Positions 15,053-17,847 of a DNA stretch of 17,847 nucleotides are shown piece after piece. The number at the start of each line of letters is the position of its first letter. Within the stretch, counting starts at the first letter, position 1. The notes beneath the pieces were generated by a model. The model worked only from the letters and a program-made list of their open reading frames with translations. It searched no databases and had not been told where the DNA came from. Both the position numbers and the translations under genes were made by a program. This stretch comes from a bacterium. Lineage in GTDB: Bacteria > Zhuqueibacterota > Zhuqueibacteria > Oceanimicrobiales > Oceanimicrobiaceae. The stretch covers positions 1 to 17,847 of the forward strand of contig JBHIAC010000058.1 in assembly GCA_046758365.1 (NCBI GenBank), read 5' to 3'.

Positions 15053-16033
15053 ATGAAAAAGCAAAGTTTTAAGAAATATGTTATCTATTTCTTGATTCTG
15101 TTATGTTTAACTTCTATTGGAGGGTTTATCTCGCCCAGTTTTGCAGATACTAAAATAAAAGTGGTAACTTCTCTACCTGATTTAGCCGATATCAGCAAAC
15201 AGATTGGTGGGGATAAAGTGGATGTTTTTGCCATAGCGAAAGGCTATCAGGACCCACACTTTGTGGATGCTAAACCGAGCTATATGATAAAACTACAAAA
15301 AGCGGATATATTTGTTCAAGTCGGTCTGGATTTGGAAATAGGTTGGGTGCCTCCCCTTTTAGAAGGGGCAAGAAATAGGAAAATTTTATGGGGAAGTTCC
15401 GGATATGTAAATGCCGCAAAGAGCGTTAAACTTTTACAGGTGCCAACCGAGGATCCGGCTAAACTGCGCGCCGAAGGAGATATTCACATTTATGGCAATC
15501 CCCATTACTGGCTGGATCCTTTAAATGGCAAAATCATCGCAGAGAATATTTTTCAGGGGCTCGTGAAGATTTCCCCAGAAGATGAATCTTACTTTCAACA
15601 AAACTTAGCAGCCTTTAAACAGAAAATCGATCACGCGACTCAACGCTGGTTGGAAATGATGCGCCCGTATCAAGGCACCGAAATTTATGCCTACCACAAT
15701 AGCTGGCCCTATTTTGAACAGCGCTTTGGTTTTAAAATAGCAGGCTTTATCGAACCCAAGCCTGGCATTCCCCCTACACCCAAATATCTTGTGAAAGTGA
15801 TAAATCACATGAAAAGTAAAAACATCAAAATCATCATCATCGAACCTTACTACCCATCCAAGTCTGCTGAATTAGTGGCTAAAAATACGGGTGCTGAGGT
15901 GGTGGAATTGACTCCAGAAGTGGGTGGAGAGCCAGGCGTCGATGATTATTTTAAACTATTTGAATATAATTTAAAAAAGCTCATTGAAGCCTTTCAAAAA
16001 GTGGGAATAGAACCGAAACATTTAAGCCATTAG
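15053..16033 (+). CDS. Metal ABC transporter substrate-binding protein, ZnuA/TroA (cluster A-I) family
   Basis: AGAGGT SD before ATG 15053; cleavable signal peptide (SFA/DT); IKVVTS, QDPHF, ADIFVQVGLDLEIGW, GNPHYWLDPLN, YHNSWPYF and EPKPGIPPTP. Confidence 0.9.
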   Translation: MKKQSFKKYVIYFLILLCLTSIGGFISPSFADTKIKVVTSLPDLADISKQIGGDKVDVFAIAKGYQDPHFVDAKPSYMIKLQKADIFVQVGLDLEIGWVPPLLEGARNRKILWGSSGYVNAAKSVKLLQVPTEDPAKLRAEGDIHIYGNPHYWLDPLNGKIIAENIFQGLVKISPEDESYFQQNLAAFKQKIDHATQRWLEMMRPYQGTEIYAYHNSWPYFEQRFGFKIAGFIEPKPGIPPTPKYLVKVINHMKSKNIKIIIIEPYYPSKSAELVAKNTGAEVVELTPEVGGEPGVDDYFKLFEYNLKKLIEAFQKVGIEPKHLSH

Positions 16034-16042
16034 GAGAAGATC

Positions 16043-16909
16043 ATGTTAGAGATGTTTCAACTGCCGTTTATTGTTCAGGCATTCATAGCTTGTTTAATTA
16101 TGGGATTGCTGCTCTCTTATTTGGGGATTCATGTTGTAAGGCGAGGCATAGTATTTGTGGATTTAGCCTTAGGCCAAATTTCTTCACTTGGGGTTGCCTT
16201 TGCTGCATTTATTGGAGGTGCGGTCTTACCAATATCTATTACGTTTACTTTACTTGGGGCTTTTCTGCTTTCATTAATTCATATCCACGATAAACGACTT
16301 AAACAGGAAGCGATTATTGGTATTATCTATGCCGTGGCCTCTGCCGTTACTGTCCTTCTAATTTCCAAAACACCCCACGGAGAAGCGGATATTTCTGAAG
16401 TGCTATTTGGAAATATTTTGGCCATTCGTCAAAGTGAATTGATTAGTCTGGGTGTCATTTTTGGGGTTCTAGGATTGCTGCACATAGTATTTTATCGCAA
16501 GGTTTTCAGCATAACAGTGGCATTTCAGGAAGTACGGCCGCGTAAAGACCCCCAATTTCGCTTTTGGAATTTCTTCTTTTATTTGTCCATTGGATTGGCC
16601 ATTGTATTTGCCGTGCGGATAGGCGGAGTAATTCCAGTATTTTCTTATTTGGTCATTCCACCCGTAGCCGCCATTATGTTGACTCGAAAAGATATCGGCG
16701 TGGCCTTCTTAGCTCCGGCCTTCGCGGTATTGGTGAGTCTGTTTGGGCTTTACTTTTCCTACTCGTTCGATTTCCCAGCAGGCTCTTCGATAGTTTCAGT
16801 GTTCGGAATTTTGTTTGCTATTTGTGGGATTCTTAAATTTATCATGCTCAAAAAAGTACAACCAGCGGCAGAACTGACAGATGCTATACGCATGGAGGTG
16901 GAGTCTTAA
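16043..16909 (+). CDS. Metal ABC transporter permease, ZnuB/ABC-3 family
   Basis: AGGAG SD; multiple transmembrane segments; LGIHVVRRGIVFVDLALGQISSLGVA, EAIIGIIY, LFGNILAI, VFSYLVIPP and DFPAGSSIV. Confidence 0.9.
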   Translation: MLEMFQLPFIVQAFIACLIMGLLLSYLGIHVVRRGIVFVDLALGQISSLGVAFAAFIGGAVLPISITFTLLGAFLLSLIHIHDKRLKQEAIIGIIYAVASAVTVLLISKTPHGEADISEVLFGNILAIRQSELISLGVIFGVLGLLHIVFYRKVFSITVAFQEVRPRKDPQFRFWNFFFYLSIGLAIVFAVRIGGVIPVFSYLVIPPVAAIMLTRKDIGVAFLAPAFAVLVSLFGLYFSYSFDFPAGSSIVSVFGILFAICGILKFIMLKKVQPAAELTDAIRMEVES

Positions 16910-16977
16910 AGCTTTGATTTATAATAATGGCCATTTATATATTATTTATTTTATCTATAATTGATTTGAGAACCATA

Positions 16978-17814
16978 ATGCCAGAATTACCAGAGGTTGA
17001 AACAATTAGAAGAGTCTTAATAAAGTGTTTGCAAGGAAAGCGTATCAAACAGGTACTGGTGCGTGAACCAAGATTACGCTGGCTCGTTGAAGAATACAAA
17101 TTAAATCAATGGGTAGTTGGACAGCAAATTCGTGATGTCACCCGACGCGCAAAATATTTGCTGTTGCACACCCAGCAAGACAGCACGCTCATCCTACACC
17201 TGGGCATGAGCGGCAAATTGTTACTTCTGACCGAATCTGTTCCGCTGGAAAAGCACGATCATATCATATTTTATTTTGATGATTCTATGGAGTTGCGATT
17301 TCGCGACCCCCGCCGATTCGGCATTGTAGATGCCATTCCCGCAGGCGAACTTGATCGATACCCACGTTTTATCGAACTTGGCCCTGAACCCCTTGCAACC
17401 ATCACAAAACCTGAAATGTTGTTTGAAAAAGCACAAAGTTCACACAGACCAATCAAAAATTTGCTCATGGATTCTCGATTCATCGCAGGCTTGGGAAATA
17501 TTTATGCAAATGAAGCACTTTATTATGCCGGTATTCATCCTTCTACGCCGGCGAATCTTCTTAAACTTTCGGATTGGCAAAAGCTACTTAGCGAAATTCG
17601 GAAAGTGTTAATTAGCGCAATAAAGCAAGGGGGCACTACGTTAAATGATTTTGTGGACAGCGATGGCGATGCAGGATATTTTCAATTTTCGCTGGCTGTG
17701 TATGGGAGAGAGGGTGAACCATGCCCGCGTTGTCACACAAAAATTGAGCGTACAGTTCTGGTAGGTCGTAGCACGTATTTTTGTCCGACTTGTCAACCAA
17801 AGCCCATAACCTAA
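16978..17814 (+). CDS. mutM: Formamidopyrimidine-DNA glycosylase/AP lyase
   Basis: The catalytic N-terminus MPELPEVE fixes the start at ATG 16978. Also RRAKYLL, HLGMSG, DPRRFG, H2TH AGLGNIYANEAL and zinc finger CPRC...RSTYFCPTCQ. Confidence 0.97.
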   Translation: MPELPEVETIRRVLIKCLQGKRIKQVLVREPRLRWLVEEYKLNQWVVGQQIRDVTRRAKYLLLHTQQDSTLILHLGMSGKLLLLTESVPLEKHDHIIFYFDDSMELRFRDPRRFGIVDAIPAGELDRYPRFIELGPEPLATITKPEMLFEKAQSSHRPIKNLLMDSRFIAGLGNIYANEALYYAGIHPSTPANLLKLSDWQKLLSEIRKVLISAIKQGGTTLNDFVDSDGDAGYFQFSLAVYGREGEPCPRCHTKIERTVLVGRSTYFCPTCQPKPIT

Positions 17815-17847
17815 CTAAGGTAGGTAAATTTTAAGTAAGAATTACTT

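Noticed and set aside
16910..16977. Functional link between mutM (zinc finger) and the metal importer
   Set aside because: Adjacency only; the gap has its own promoter-like sequence (TTGATT at 16914 with TATATT at 16938), and mutM is a housekeeping gene.
338..17611. The many 60-115 aa ORFs overlapping the long genes on the opposite strand or in other frames (e.g. 338-544, 2855-3058, 7033-7278, 12101-12400, 12533-12874, 17330-17611)
   Set aside because: They lie within or largely overlap well-supported genes and have no recognisable motifs; they are treated as shadow ORFs.

Overview
AT-rich bacterial chromosomal segment from a diderm organism (outer-membrane barrels, a TonB-dependent receptor and a lipoprotein are present; the taxon cannot be fixed from sequence alone). 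Left to right: the 3' part of an aspartate kinase gene overlapping asd; a convergent, minus-strand putative beta-barrel protein with a C-terminal coiled coil; a minus-strand pair of a two-repeat lipoprotein and a TonB-dependent receptor; a divergent, stand-alone UvrD/PcrA-type helicase fused to a PD-(D/E)XK nuclease with a four-Cys Fe-S motif; the nickel-pincer nucleotide (NPN) cofactor genes larE-larB-larC with no larA in the window; a metal-uptake unit; and mutM. The most interesting signal is the metal-uptake unit. It starts with a 114-aa ORF (hydrophobic N-terminus, HHH, CxxC, C-terminal RAPP) whose last codons are complementary to the Shine-Dalgarno of the next gene. That next gene is a His-motif barrel protein, followed by a ZnuA/TroA-like binding protein and a ZnuB-like permease, with no ATPase. 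This looks like a CruR/CutF-type ribosome-arrest metal sensor controlling a porin plus ABC-3 importer beside a nickel-cofactor pathway. The motifs are seen directly; the mechanism and the metal are inference. No rRNA, tRNA, CRISPR array or mobile element was recognised.
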